Shown: piece by piece, positions 1-9,562 of the stretch
Position numbering within the stretch: the first letter of the stretch is position 1
Layout of the letters: every line of letters begins with the position of its first letter
Virus record (IMG/VR): IMGVR_UViG_3300017754_002486
Coordinates: 1-35,670 of that record
Length of the DNA: 35,670 nt
Strand: one strand, 5' to 3'
Source: a virus
Taxonomy: Duplodnaviria > Caudoviricetes
Made by a program: the position numbers and the translations under genes
The notes under the pieces: generated by a model
Databases searched by the model: none
Told to the model about the DNA's origin: nothing
The model's input: only the letters and a program-made list of their open reading frames with translations

Positions 1-31
1 GGACTAAGAACTATAAGAAGACTTATAGGGC

Positions 32-199
32 TCAAGGTAGGTAATCAGTCTTTGGAAGACTGAACCCTGTCAAATCAATTACATCTACTTTATAGGCTTT
101 GCTCTTGTCCGGATTATCTGAGACAAGGGCAAATCTTTGCTTTTCTTCAATGTGGACTATATAAACAGTCTTACCATTGTAATTAGCAGTCTTTTCCAT
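32..199 (-). CDS. small hypothetical protein (likely start MEKTANY)
   Basis: 3' part of ORF 32..280; ATG at 199 overlaps the end of the upstream gene, a typical coupled arrangement. Confidence 0.55.
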   Translation of the reverse strand: MEKTANYNGKTVYIVHIEEKQRFALVSDNPDKSKAYKVDVIDLTGFSLPKTDYLP

Positions 200-575
200 A
201 AAGTATAGTTGTGATATTAGGTTTAAAGTATTGTTCTCCTTTGAGAATTTTTCCATCTTCTCTATAGATAGGTTTACCATCTTTTCCTAGCTTAGACATA
301 TTACTAGCCTGGATCTCTTTAAATACCTCCTCAATCTTGTGCTGCATCCCATGTTTAAGAATAGTGCCACATAAGATATAAAGCTGGTCACCTAAAGCAT
401 CTGCAATCCCTACTAGATCATTATCCATGCATGCTTGGTAGTATTCATCTGTCTCTTCTAACATAAGCTTATATCTAAGCTCATATACTTTAGGATCAAT
501 TAGACTAGGTGTGTCTTTATCTGTATTGTCAAATACTTTGTGGAACTCTGCCACAGAATCGAGTTGGTGTTTCAT
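183..575 (-). CDS. MazG-like / PRA-PH family nucleoside triphosphate pyrophosphohydrolase
   Basis: EE-x-x-E, DALGDQLY, SNMSK and DGKILKG motifs. Confidence 0.9.
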   Translation of the reverse strand: MKHQLDSVAEFHKVFDNTDKDTPSLIDPKVYELRYKLMLEETDEYYQACMDNDLVGIADALGDQLYILCGTILKHGMQHKIEEVFKEIQASNMSKLGKDGKPIYREDGKILKGEQYFKPNITTILYGKDC

Positions 576-665
576 TGTGTAAAGATAGTTATTTGTATCT
601 GTCTTTGGCTGATGATGATAGTAAACTGAGACCTACTAGCCAGATGTGCTTTAGCCAACCAAAGA

Positions 666-696
666 AAGTACCAGTCCTTTCATAAGACTGGTACTT
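666..696 (-). terminator. intrinsic terminator
   Basis: 11-bp perfect inverted repeat aagtaccagtc/gactggtactt with T-rich tail on minus strand, downstream of 723..1754. Confidence 0.75.
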
Positions 697-722
697 ATCT
701 CTTAGCTCTTCAAATCTAGTTT

Positions 723-1754
723 TCACAGATCAAAGTCTTGGTAATTGTTAGTAGGCATTACTAGGTCATCTCCTAAAGCTTCTTTCTCCTTCTCTACATC
801 CTCAATCATCTCCTCTAGTGTTATTTGATGACCCATCTTTAGAATTTGAGCTGCTCTCTCCTCTACATTGTATTCTTCTTCCTCTTGTTCTATAGGTAGA
901 GAAGCATTATTTTCTACTTCCTCTACTTTCTCCTCCTCCTCTTTACTAGGCTCGGTAACCTCCATAAACTCATTAGCATTCATGTATACAGGCACAGCTT
1001 CTACAACTGGAGCAGCTGTAGCCTCTACTTGAATTGCATCTAGGTTAAACTGATCACACAAGAACCAATTGATTAGTCTTTGCTGATCCATCCATGTCTT
1101 AGGATGTGCCTTCTGTAGAGAATAGCTAATGTGATTATAGAAGTTCCATAGACTATCTACATCTGTGTTATAATCATACTTAGGTACCTTGAACTGAGTC
1201 TTAATTGTATTAAGTTGTTCTGAGCTTAAAAGCTCTTTCTCAAAATACAATCTACCTAGAGAAGAACCTTTTGTCTGATTATCTACAGTGACTGTTTTCA
1301 TCTTTACTTTATCCTGAATGATTCTAGCAAAGCTTGTTGCTGCATTAGATATCTGAAACTTAATATTCTCATGTGCTTCAGTATCTGCAGATCCTGTATG
1401 TTTTCTATCCCATGTTCCCATTTCTCTTTTGAGAATCAAGTTACCTGAGCATTTAACATAAGCACCTACTGCACATTTAAAGCGCATTGTTTTATCATAG
1501 CTATTAGCCCAGGTAAACACCATTCCCAATTCTTCATCTTGGTCATGTTTAATGTGATATATTCCGGTAGCTACATTCCCATCAATAGAACATCTGTAAA
1601 GCTCGTGCTCTACTACAAATCCTGCATTAGCAAGCTCTGTCATTGCAGTATCTATAATAAATTTGTGTGAGATTACTGTGTATCTCCCCCCGTGTTGAGG
1701 GAGAGGTACTGATTCAAGTAATGCTCTGGTTGCTGTTCCAGTTCTTCTTGGCAT
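723..1754 (-). CDS. DUF932-like phage protein with acidic C-terminal tail
   Basis: NSYD-x-T, C-x-N, R-K-H-T, W-x-x-YN pattern typical of the DUF932/TIGR03299 family. Confidence 0.65.
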   Translation of the reverse strand: MPRRTGTATRALLESVPLPQHGGRYTVISHKFIIDTAMTELANAGFVVEHELYRCSIDGNVATGIYHIKHDQDEELGMVFTWANSYDKTMRFKCAVGAYVKCSGNLILKREMGTWDRKHTGSADTEAHENIKFQISNAATSFARIIQDKVKMKTVTVDNQTKGSSLGRLYFEKELLSSEQLNTIKTQFKVPKYDYNTDVDSLWNFYNHISYSLQKAHPKTWMDQQRLINWFLCDQFNLDAIQVEATAAPVVEAVPVYMNANEFMEVTEPSKEEEEKVEEVENNASLPIEQEEEEYNVEERAAQILKMGHQITLEEMIEDVEKEKEALGDDLVMPTNNYQDFDL

Positions 1755-1756
1755 AA

Positions 1757-3649
1757 TTAAAATAATTTTAGTTGCCTTACAGGCTTAGTTATATTCTCTA
1801 TCTCTTTTTGAATTGCTTCTAGATAGTATCTGTCATCTACATGATAATCTTTCCAAGCCTTCTCCTCATAGTTAATGAATAGCTCTTGCATCCATTTACC
1901 GGATTCTAATTGAATCTCTCTATTATCATGTATATTACGCTTAATAATCTTACAACCTTTCTCTGAGATATAATATCTAAGAGTCTGCTGCAGTTTCTGG
2001 TAGACTATTTCTCTATTAATAATACAAGTCTGCACAAATTCCCAATCTCCTTTGATCTTTACTCCGCCACAATAATCAAATATGTTTCTATTATCCGCCA
2101 GATATTTCTCTGGTGGAATATCATTAACAAAATAATTATAGATGGCTTTAGGTATAATCAAGAAGCTCTTGTTCTTATGTAGCGCTAGATTATCAAATTC
2201 AAATCTACCCTTGCACTTTGCCTTACCTGCAGTGTTAATGGCAATATAGTTATTTACATCTGCAAGTATGATCTTCTTATACTCATCATGCTCTAACTCA
2301 AGCTTTGTTGTCTTTTCCCATTCTGCACATATATCTAGATACTTCTGCTTATATTGCTTAGGTATCATCATCTCAAGACCATCTGTATTCTGCATCAGCG
2401 GTACACATCCTGGTATTTCTTCTGCAAGCATTTCATACAACATTACCAATGACAGCTGACCGTTTATAGTGATTCTCATAGTAAACTCTGGATCATACAA
2501 GAAGCTATTCTTGTCATTACTTAATCCATAGGTACTATTAAGGATAATCTTATAAACATAGTTCTTAGGATCCTTCTTAGGTATCTTTTTTCTTTCTTCA
2601 AAGAACCATTCATACAGATTACAAAACTCTTTCTTAGGCAAATGAGCTGGTGCCCAACCATTTCTAATAGCTAGGTTTGGATAGAAACTTGTAACATCTG
2701 AAGTCATGATTATCATATCTTCAGTAGCTTCATACACACCTGATTCTTTAGCACCATGAACACCACCTAATCCAAAATCAGTAGTAACACCTTTGTATTT
2801 TAAACTATACTTAAAGGCATTCTTTGTTTCATTTGGATTAATCTCAAGCTTTTCAAACTGGTTAAGTAATCTCTGGAAATCACCACTCTTAAACTTTATA
2901 TAAGGAAGGATAATATCCTTAACCTTAATGTTTGTTCTGAAGGTTCTGAGTTGTTTCAGATCATACTTAGGTATTCCGGTTTGTTTACTTAAGAAATAAA
3001 GAAATAGTTCTTTACTTATTCTTGGTTCTGAAGCACTGAACAGGTTAATACCATATTCAGAAGTCAAGCTTTTCCTAAGATTAATCTGCTCTTTACTGAG
3101 GTTCATGATCTGTTTGGTAGACTTGACATCATTAAAACAATAGCCAATGATCATATTGATCTCATCTATTGTAGTAATAATTGTATTGTGCTTCAGTGGC
3201 ATATCTTGAATTGTCTTCCAATCCATAGAATACTGTATCCATTTAAGACTTGATCTCTTTGCTGGATTATCCCAGTGATTAAGCTTGAATACATCTATGT
3301 TATTAGTAGATAACTTCCATTCAGGATACTCCGGTAATTCATCCTGGTTACTAATTGTTTTTTGGCCAAACTTGTAGATTATATTAGCAATTTCAGATCC
3401 GCTTTTCTCTTTCCATTCATCGTAATATTGCGATATAAACTCTAGTATTGGAGAGTCAAAACCTAAACCATTAAAGGATATGAGCCAACCTTTTCTTTGT
3501 TTTATGTAATTGACATACTCAACAAATTCTTTGAATTCATTGCGTAGATCATGTACTACAAACACCTTTGTCTCTTCTGTCTTATAGTCTTCAAAACAAG
3601 CTATAAAACAATTACTTAGAGTCTCAAGGTCATATACAACTCTATCCAT
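1757..3649 (-). CDS. polB: family B DNA polymerase with 3'-5' exonuclease (crAss-like)
   Basis: ExoI DLET, ExoII FNGLGFD, ExoIII YCFND; polymerase motifs DVTSFYPN, KIILNSTYG, NTDG; ATG at 3649 preferred over TTG at 3667, which lies in a terminator tail. Confidence 0.92.
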   Translation of the reverse strand: MDRVVYDLETLSNCFIACFEDYKTEETKVFVVHDLRNEFKEFVEYVNYIKQRKGWLISFNGLGFDSPILEFISQYYDEWKEKSGSEIANIIYKFGQKTISNQDELPEYPEWKLSTNNIDVFKLNHWDNPAKRSSLKWIQYSMDWKTIQDMPLKHNTIITTIDEINMIIGYCFNDVKSTKQIMNLSKEQINLRKSLTSEYGINLFSASEPRISKELFLYFLSKQTGIPKYDLKQLRTFRTNIKVKDIILPYIKFKSGDFQRLLNQFEKLEINPNETKNAFKYSLKYKGVTTDFGLGGVHGAKESGVYEATEDMIIMTSDVTSFYPNLAIRNGWAPAHLPKKEFCNLYEWFFEERKKIPKKDPKNYVYKIILNSTYGLSNDKNSFLYDPEFTMRITINGQLSLVMLYEMLAEEIPGCVPLMQNTDGLEMMIPKQYKQKYLDICAEWEKTTKLELEHDEYKKIILADVNNYIAINTAGKAKCKGRFEFDNLALHKNKSFLIIPKAIYNYFVNDIPPEKYLADNRNIFDYCGGVKIKGDWEFVQTCIINREIVYQKLQQTLRYYISEKGCKIIKRNIHDNREIQLESGKWMQELFINYEEKAWKDYHVDDRYYLEAIQKEIENITKPVRQLKLF

Positions 3650-3665
3650 AAAATCTACATTAGAC

Positions 3666-3692
3666 AAAAAAGGGAGGCTATTACACCTCCCT
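3666..3692 (-). terminator. intrinsic terminator
   Basis: minus strand gagggagg-tgtaatag-cctccctt followed by T run. Confidence 0.75.
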
Positions 3693-3711
3693 CTCTGTCA
3701 GGGTTATTAAC

Positions 3712-4131
3712 TTAAGGCATGATAATCTCAGGAGAACCTCCCAATAATCCAGTACCTTGCATATAAGTGTTGTAATCAAATGTATCTGCATTGATACCAT
3801 ACATCTTTACAAATTCTTCTACGTCTTTTTTATCCATGATGTAGTATTCAAAGAAGGAATTAATGGTAACACGTTGTTCCTTTACCTCTTTTCCATTTCC
3901 TCTCTTACCTACTTTCATGTACATTGGATCACCATTCTCATCAATTCTTGGCACCATGTGAAGTACTTCTTTTCCAAAGCGAGAAATAACTGCAAGCAGT
4001 TTGCTTTCTGGATCAAATAGTACTTCTGCATATGGGCAATCCATAGATGCAGGAATCATTTTGAATGTTTTACTAGTACCCCAGGTACCGTGCACAAGAA
4101 GCATGTTCTTGCCTACTGTTGATTGTGTCAT
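3712..4131 (-). CDS. hypothetical protein
   Basis: 139-aa ORF with A-rich leader, collinear with the operon. Confidence 0.8.
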   Translation of the reverse strand: MTQSTVGKNMLLVHGTWGTSKTFKMIPASMDCPYAEVLFDPESKLLAVISRFGKEVLHMVPRIDENGDPMYMKVGKRGNGKEVKEQRVTINSFFEYYIMDKKDVEEFVKMYGINADTFDYNTYMQGTGLLGGSPEIIMP

Positions 4132-4166
4132 TGATTTTTGGTTTTAGAGATGGCAAATTAATGAAT

Positions 4167-4721
4167 TTACATACTGATTTCCAAATCTTTAATAGAAATA
4201 GTTAAGTGTTCTTTTTCAAAGTCAGGTAATGAACATAGCTCTCCAACATCTTTGAGATCTTTTATTTTCACATTGAGCATATCTGCATACATAGAAAAGT
4301 ACCTCTCTGGGTACAAATAACTTTCTATATAAGAGTAATGTGCATTATTCTGAGAAAAAAAGTTCTTTATTTTTTTCTTATGATCGTTACTTAACTTAGA
4401 GTACTTGCCACTAATAAAGTAATTCCAATCATTTTTAAATGGTTGATAATCAAATATATAAACTCCTTTATTGTCTTCTACTAATTTAAAGTCAAAAAAT
4501 AATTTGTTTCCAAAAAGCTTTTGCTTTTCAAACCTTTTAAAGTCATCATCATCTCTGATATGATATAAGCATATAAACTTACCATCTTCAGGTTTATAAT
4601 GTCCTTCCCAGGAAACATAGGTTTGTATTGGTGTAACACTACTTCCTCTTTTAATGTCAAGAGCTGGATATAAGAATATCCTGCTTTTTTGGAAGTAGTC
4701 TCTATACAAGGATTTTATCAT
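4167..4721 (-). CDS. hypothetical protein
   Basis: 184-aa ORF, collinear with the operon. Confidence 0.8.
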   Translation of the reverse strand: MIKSLYRDYFQKSRIFLYPALDIKRGSSVTPIQTYVSWEGHYKPEDGKFICLYHIRDDDDFKRFEKQKLFGNKLFFDFKLVEDNKGVYIFDYQPFKNDWNYFISGKYSKLSNDHKKKIKNFFSQNNAHYSYIESYLYPERYFSMYADMLNVKIKDLKDVGELCSLPDFEKEHLTISIKDLEISM

Positions 4722-4739
4722 AAATTAAATTTACAAGAG

Positions 4740-5744
4740 TTAGATAATAATCTTCCCTTGTTCTATAAACTCTGCAGGCTTACTGAAATCTCTTGAAGTA
4801 TAATGCATTAGCGCTATACTAAGTACCTCATTAAATCTTTCTGTCCACTTTATAAGAGTATCTTGTGATACCTCATATATTCCAACCTGTTGATACTTAT
4901 CAATAACTACAAAGCTATACTGTATTCTCCAAGTGTTATTCAGTATTTCTGAAAACTTATAACTAACAAGGATACTATAAATTGCCGCCTGCAAGTCATA
5001 GTTATAGTAGTCTATGCTTTCTCTGAACTCTTTTAAAGTTTTACCGGATGTCTTAAGATCATTGATATATACAGTTCTATTTGCATAATCAATCTTAATA
5101 TTATCTAGAATACCTTTGAGCCCAAAGGGCATGTCTTTTAATTTTATCTCTATAAGTTGTTCGTTGAATGTCTCTTGTAGTTCAAAGTCTGATAAGGTTA
5201 ACCCCATCAACTCATTTACATGTTGATTGTTTTTAAGAATATCTACTGATTGTTTACAGCGATCTAGTGTTTCTTGATCCAATAAATCTTTGTTTCCTTT
5301 CTCTTTTAGAAAGTTCCAATAAGATTTTACATCATCAGTAATTATCTTATCTATTCTCTGTTGGTCTGTTTTTAAGGCTTGGTGCAGGTTGATCTCTTTG
5401 AGGATATCCAGGATTGTTTGATCATGCTCTTCTAAATCTCCCTCAATTACATTCTTTTCATAGAAGAGTTTATCAATAACACTTTTTGTATTGGTGCTGG
5501 GTAGGTTGCTGGGTGAAACTATGAATTGTTTATCAAAACTGTCATTATCTAATAGTAAGCAATGAATTACTTTACCTTCTATAAGATGCTGATCTAGTTT
5601 TTCTTCCCGCTCTTGCAGGATATAATGGTTGTAAAACAACCGTGGACTATACAGTAATTTACTAAGTCCTGAATAACTAAAGCTAAAGGGTCGAGAATAA
5701 AACTTATCCTCTAACCCTTTAGCATCAAGTTGTGTGTTCGCCAT
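4740..5744 (-). CDS. PD-(D/E)XK exonuclease (RecE/ExoVIII, DUF3799-like)
   Basis: SYS, G-x-x-x-H, KGILD...DLKT and Y-x-x-QAAIY motifs. Confidence 0.85.
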   Translation of the reverse strand: MANTQLDAKGLEDKFYSRPFSFSYSGLSKLLYSPRLFYNHYILQEREEKLDQHLIEGKVIHCLLLDNDSFDKQFIVSPSNLPSTNTKSVIDKLFYEKNVIEGDLEEHDQTILDILKEINLHQALKTDQQRIDKIITDDVKSYWNFLKEKGNKDLLDQETLDRCKQSVDILKNNQHVNELMGLTLSDFELQETFNEQLIEIKLKDMPFGLKGILDNIKIDYANRTVYINDLKTSGKTLKEFRESIDYYNYDLQAAIYSILVSYKFSEILNNTWRIQYSFVVIDKYQQVGIYEVSQDTLIKWTERFNEVLSIALMHYTSRDFSKPAEFIEQGKIII

Positions 5745-5753
5745 ACAAATATA

Positions 5754-6809
5754 TTAAAATATTGGTGCTTCATCCTCAATGTTCAAAACTTCTTCATCAT
5801 CTTCGGAATCTTCTTTTAGAGGATCTTCTACAAACTTAATTTTAGAAATTTTAAAATGATCATAATTTGAGTTTTCTTTAATTTCCTCAAAAGCTAGAGG
5901 CATGAATATGTCTATGTTCTCTTTAGTTAGAAGATTCTTTTCTTTAAGAACATCAATGATATTGTCTAGACTTAAGTTTGTATAACCTCTTCTACGATGT
6001 AAACCAAAGAACTCTATAAGTGATTTAAAGTTTATGTGATTTCTAAATCCAGAATTCCATATATTACTTCCATTATTCTTAAGTAGTAAAAGAATATATG
6101 GTGCAGATTTTTCAAAGTTAGAATTAGCTATCGCTTCCATAGCAAGTTTAATGTCTGAACTATTTCTACTTTCAAACATGATATCAAGCTGCTTGTACAT
6201 TTCAATATCAATAATTACATCTTGATTTAGAAGCTTGATAATATCATCTTGAATATAAGTATTATTACTTACATAGAGATCTCTTAATACATTAAAACCT
6301 TCTTGAGTACAATGCTTTATAGAAATACTCTCTACATTTAGTTCAAATCCATTTATATCAAACTTATCAGTATCATGATATCGCATCCCCATTTTCTCTA
6401 TTCCATTTTCATTGATAAATTTTAGCATATCAAGTACTTTTAAATCGTAAGAAAATGGTGTTTTCTTAATGTGATTTAAGAAATCATCCTTGCTACAGGA
6501 ATAACCCCAAACGTGTTCTGTGTAAGAATCAATAAAGTTGTCACTAATAAATATAGCATCAGCTTTATCTCTAGCTCTTGTTACAGAGATATCATACTTA
6601 TCACATAGAGTCTTTACTTTGAATCTAGGGACTGAGCAATCTTTTGTAAAGAATAACTTATCTCCTGCTTTTGGTGTATATGAATTTTTTACATAGTCAG
6701 AACTACTTCTTTCAATCTTTACTTCATAAATTAATTCGTAGTCTAAAACAGTTATCTCACCAGAATGATTCCTAGTAATGTTATTTATTTTAAGAAGTTT
6801 GGTCGCCAT
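5754..6809 (-). CDS. hypothetical protein with possible BRCT-like N-terminal region and a repeated helical motif
   Basis: LFFTKDCSVPRFKVK...SVTRARDKADAIFI resembles a BRCT pattern; central motif shared with neighbouring ORFs. Confidence 0.55.
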   Translation of the reverse strand: MATKLLKINNITRNHSGEITVLDYELIYEVKIERSSSDYVKNSYTPKAGDKLFFTKDCSVPRFKVKTLCDKYDISVTRARDKADAIFISDNFIDSYTEHVWGYSCSKDDFLNHIKKTPFSYDLKVLDMLKFINENGIEKMGMRYHDTDKFDINGFELNVESISIKHCTQEGFNVLRDLYVSNNTYIQDDIIKLLNQDVIIDIEMYKQLDIMFESRNSSDIKLAMEAIANSNFEKSAPYILLLLKNNGSNIWNSGFRNHINFKSLIEFFGLHRRRGYTNLSLDNIIDVLKEKNLLTKENIDIFMPLAFEEIKENSNYDHFKISKIKFVEDPLKEDSEDDEEVLNIEDEAPIF

Positions 6810-7278
6810 CTTCTACTATTTTAAGTTGTTGAGGATCAATATTATATACTTCATACTCAGGCTTAAGAGTAAGTGTTACATTAAAGTATTCATTTCTACA
6901 ATGCCTTTCATATGTTTCAGTAATCTTATCTCTAAGCTGGTTCCATATCCACGGAGTAAGCCAGCCTTTTTTCTTTAACCATTTTACAAAAGAATCATTT
7001 GAAGAACCACATAACCAAAATAAATTAGAGTCATCTCTAAATTGTCTACCTAGTTTAGTTCTAAGATTTACCATGTTATTTACATATACATTTTTACTTA
7101 GTTCCCGGATCCAATAGATAGATTTTTCTACATTACATTGAGTAAGTATTGTTTGAACTATTACATAATTAGCCTCATCTCTACTCTTAAGCATTGCTAG
7201 TAAAGTATCATAAGACTCCTTATCTAAAATGGTACCACCCCCTTGAGGAGGTGATACCAGTTTTTGTTTAGCATTCAT
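6790..7278 (-). CDS. hypothetical helical protein (similar to 10746..11183)
   Basis: 162-aa ORF; LDKESYDTLLAMLKS motif. Confidence 0.7.
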   Translation of the reverse strand: MNAKQKLVSPPQGGGTILDKESYDTLLAMLKSRDEANYVIVQTILTQCNVEKSIYWIRELSKNVYVNNMVNLRTKLGRQFRDDSNLFWLCGSSNDSFVKWLKKKGWLTPWIWNQLRDKITETYERHCRNEYFNVTLTLKPEYEVYNIDPQQLKIVEDGDQTS

Positions 7279-7292
7279 AATAAAATTTTTGT

Positions 7293-8048
7293 CTACTTCA
7301 TAGCCATTTTAAGAACCTCAGCATTAGTCATTATGCCTTGGAACTTTTGTTTGTTACCATTAAGAATATCTCTTACAAGAATGAACTTCAAATCATTAGA
7401 GAAAGTATCTTGATCTGTAGAAATTCTGATCAATCTGTCTGTAATTTTCTTTGTAACAGAATTGTTCTCTGCATAATTCAAAGTAAAGTTGATCAATCGT
7501 CTAGTAAGAATAGTAGCAATATCTGCGCGATAATTACCATCTGCTCCCTTAATACAATTTCTCAACTCTCCAATAATATAAGCTTCATTGTCATGGAGCA
7601 ATAGATCCTTTGGAGTAACCAACTTATCAAGTCTGTTATTGATAAACATACTAAACATAGTTGCAAACTCTGAACCTACAGAACCTTCACCAATCATCTG
7701 AATAAGTGGAAGCTGGTCTTCAAAACTAGGAATAGAACTAATAGAGTTGAAGAAAGTCATAATACTTCTTGGATTTGTATCATCCTTTACAAGCTCTGGG
7801 TGAAGCATCATGAAGTTAATACAACGGCCATCTACTCCTTGTTTCTCTGCCCAACGAGCCCATACTTCTACATCAAACTTAAAGTTTACTGTAATAAAGC
7901 GAGTCTTCTGAGCACCATCCAAACTAGTTACATTATAGTTTCCATCATCAGGATTAGTAGTCAATACAATATGCCAGTTCTTTGGAAGAGCCCATGAATA
8001 ATAAGTCTGTGTCTCAATCAAAGTCATTGTTGCTTGCATGAATCTAGC
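7293..8048 (-). CDS. MoxR-type AAA+ ATPase, exon 2
   Basis: continues DDYTRAD|ARFMQATM after splicing; sensor-1 TTNP, arginine finger AQKTRF, NPRS; spliced protein 394 aa. Confidence 0.9.
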   Translation of the reverse strand, partial: ARFMQATMTLIETQTYYSWALPKNWHIVLTTNPDDGNYNVTSLDGAQKTRFITVNFKFDVEVWARWAEKQGVDGRCINFMMLHPELVKDDTNPRSIMTFFNSISSIPSFEDQLPLIQMIGEGSVGSEFATMFSMFINNRLDKLVTPKDLLLHDNEAYIIGELRNCIKGADGNYRADIATILTRRLINFTLNYAENNSVTKKITDRLIRISTDQDTFSNDLKFILVRDILNGNKQKFQGIMTNAEVLKMAMK

Positions 8049-8314
8049 CAATTCATGTTTGTTATCTCTAAGGTTCTTTATCCTCAGATTCTATACTTTC
8101 TTTTGTTATAGGTATAGTTCAGACTATATCATCTATGATTTAAAGATATTGGAATATCAAATCATAGTTCTGCGCTCTTGGATATTTTATCTTCAGCTCC
8201 ACCTGGTAAGATTACTTTATCTAGTCGTTGCTCCTTCAACCTATTTCTAGGAAGCTTGGATCAGAGTTAACTACTTCTAGTCTTTCTCTGAGTTCACAGA
8301 ATTTAATGCGGACA

Positions 8315-9070
8315 CTATTTATATTTCCATTTAAATCCACCAGCTGTTAAATTATTTTTTATAGCTCTGGTGATATTTTTGATATTAAGAGTTTTTTGTG
8401 CTTTAGTGATAGATTCCCACTCTTTTATAGGAACGTTACTTAAATCTATTTGTAACACTGGCCTTAATTTGTATTTTTTGTTAAGCTTATTAAGCTTGTC
8501 AACTTTAAAATAAGACCATCTATAATTATAAGCTGTATAGTTATCACCCCTTGCTGCAGAACATATAACAGAGTAATTATTTTTATCTCCAAAATATTCT
8601 GCTGCCTTAGTAGCATTCTCAAAAGATTTTATATACACACCTTCAAGAGAATACATATGAGTCTCTTTTTGATTGTAAATTTTCCTACCCTTTTTAAAGC
8701 TATTCTTTGCGCCTATACTTAATCTTTCTTTATAGAGTTCACTTCTCTTAATCTCAACAGGATTTAATATGTGGTTAATTCTGTAAGGTCTTTTTAATAG
8801 CTCTATATGATATTTTTCTCTTTCTAAAAGAAAGTTTTCATCACATATTTCTACTACATCATATGTCATATTATCTATTCCATACTTATCAAACAATCTT
8901 TGCATTGTTTGATTATGATGTTTATTTGATAATAAATCAACTAGATGACCCTTTAATCTTTTACCTATACATTTAGAACTACCTATATACTTGTAGTCGT
9001 TGAACTGTATGCAGTAAATACCACAGATTTTTAACCCTGTTTCTTCTTTTAATTTGGAAATGTGTTTCAT
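8315..9070 (-). CDS. intron-encoded GIY-YIG homing endonuclease with NUMOD1-type repeats
   Basis: GIYCI...YIGSS...R...H...E...N; C-terminal YSLEGVYIKSF and AGGFKWKY repeats; ATG at 9070 follows a TATCTTTG element. Confidence 0.9.
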   Translation of the reverse strand: MKHISKLKEETGLKICGIYCIQFNDYKYIGSSKCIGKRLKGHLVDLLSNKHHNQTMQRLFDKYGIDNMTYDVVEICDENFLLEREKYHIELLKRPYRINHILNPVEIKRSELYKERLSIGAKNSFKKGRKIYNQKETHMYSLEGVYIKSFENATKAAEYFGDKNNYSVICSAARGDNYTAYNYRWSYFKVDKLNKLNKKYKLRPVLQIDLSNVPIKEWESITKAQKTLNIKNITRAIKNNLTAGGFKWKYK

Positions 9071-9084
9071 ATCATATCTTTTTA

Positions 9085-9092
9085 CAAAGATA
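9085..9092 (-). promoter_or_regulatory. Bacteroidota-type -7 promoter element inside the intron
   Basis: TATCTTTG (TAnnTTTG) 14 nt upstream of the endonuclease ATG. Confidence 0.55.
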
Positions 9093-9132
9093 TAACTTTT
9101 TAGCAAAGCAAGCAAGTTTGCTAAAATTGTTT

Positions 9133-9561
9133 ATCCGCTCTGGTATAATCATCAAGAATCAAGATACCACCTTCTTTCTTGTTATTGATCCACTCTGGAG
9201 ATGCATAACCCATACGCTTGTTACCGGTAGGTTTGTATTGACTAGCTACATATTGTGGAAGCAAGCTCTCTGGAACCCACTTAACTGTTGTTTCTTTTAC
9301 TACTTCAAACTCTTTAACTGGAAAACCTACCAGATCTGATAGATCTTCTAACTCAGCCAAATTCAATCTTACAATATCCATATCAAGCTCTTTAGCAAGT
9401 TGTAGGATAGAACTAGTCTTACCAACACCCGCTGGGCCTTCAACATTTACAGTTACTGGAGTTGTTCCTTTCTCTTGAAGGCTTTTGTTATTTGCAATAA
9501 TATGATGCATGAATGTCTTAAGTTCATCTGCATTAAGACTGATTTGATTATTCTTTGCCAT
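9133..9561 (-). CDS. MoxR-type AAA+ ATPase, exon 1
   Basis: Walker A GPAGVGKT, DLVGFP, Walker B ILILDD. Confidence 0.9.
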
Positions 9562-9562
9562 T

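Larger units (their letters stand above)
8049..9132 (-). mobile_element. group I intron (IA-like) in the MoxR ATPase gene, endonuclease ORF in the P1 loop
   Basis: exon GCGGAU pairs with GUCCGC (8308-8313) with a U.G at the splice site; P3 uucugug/cgcagaa; R GAAGGAGCAACGACUA and S GAUAUAGUCUG form P7; terminal G at 8049; splicing restores the frame. Confidence 0.92.

Noticed and set aside
609-668. CTGATGA...GAAA as a hammerhead ribozyme (CTGATGA also at 31230)
   Set aside because: No stem II after CUGAUGA and no stems I/III with a cleavage triplet could be formed
7293-9561. MoxR and Sak4-like genes as pseudogenes, intein hosts or stop-codon readthrough
   Set aside because: Group I core elements and exact in-frame splice junctions explain both breaks
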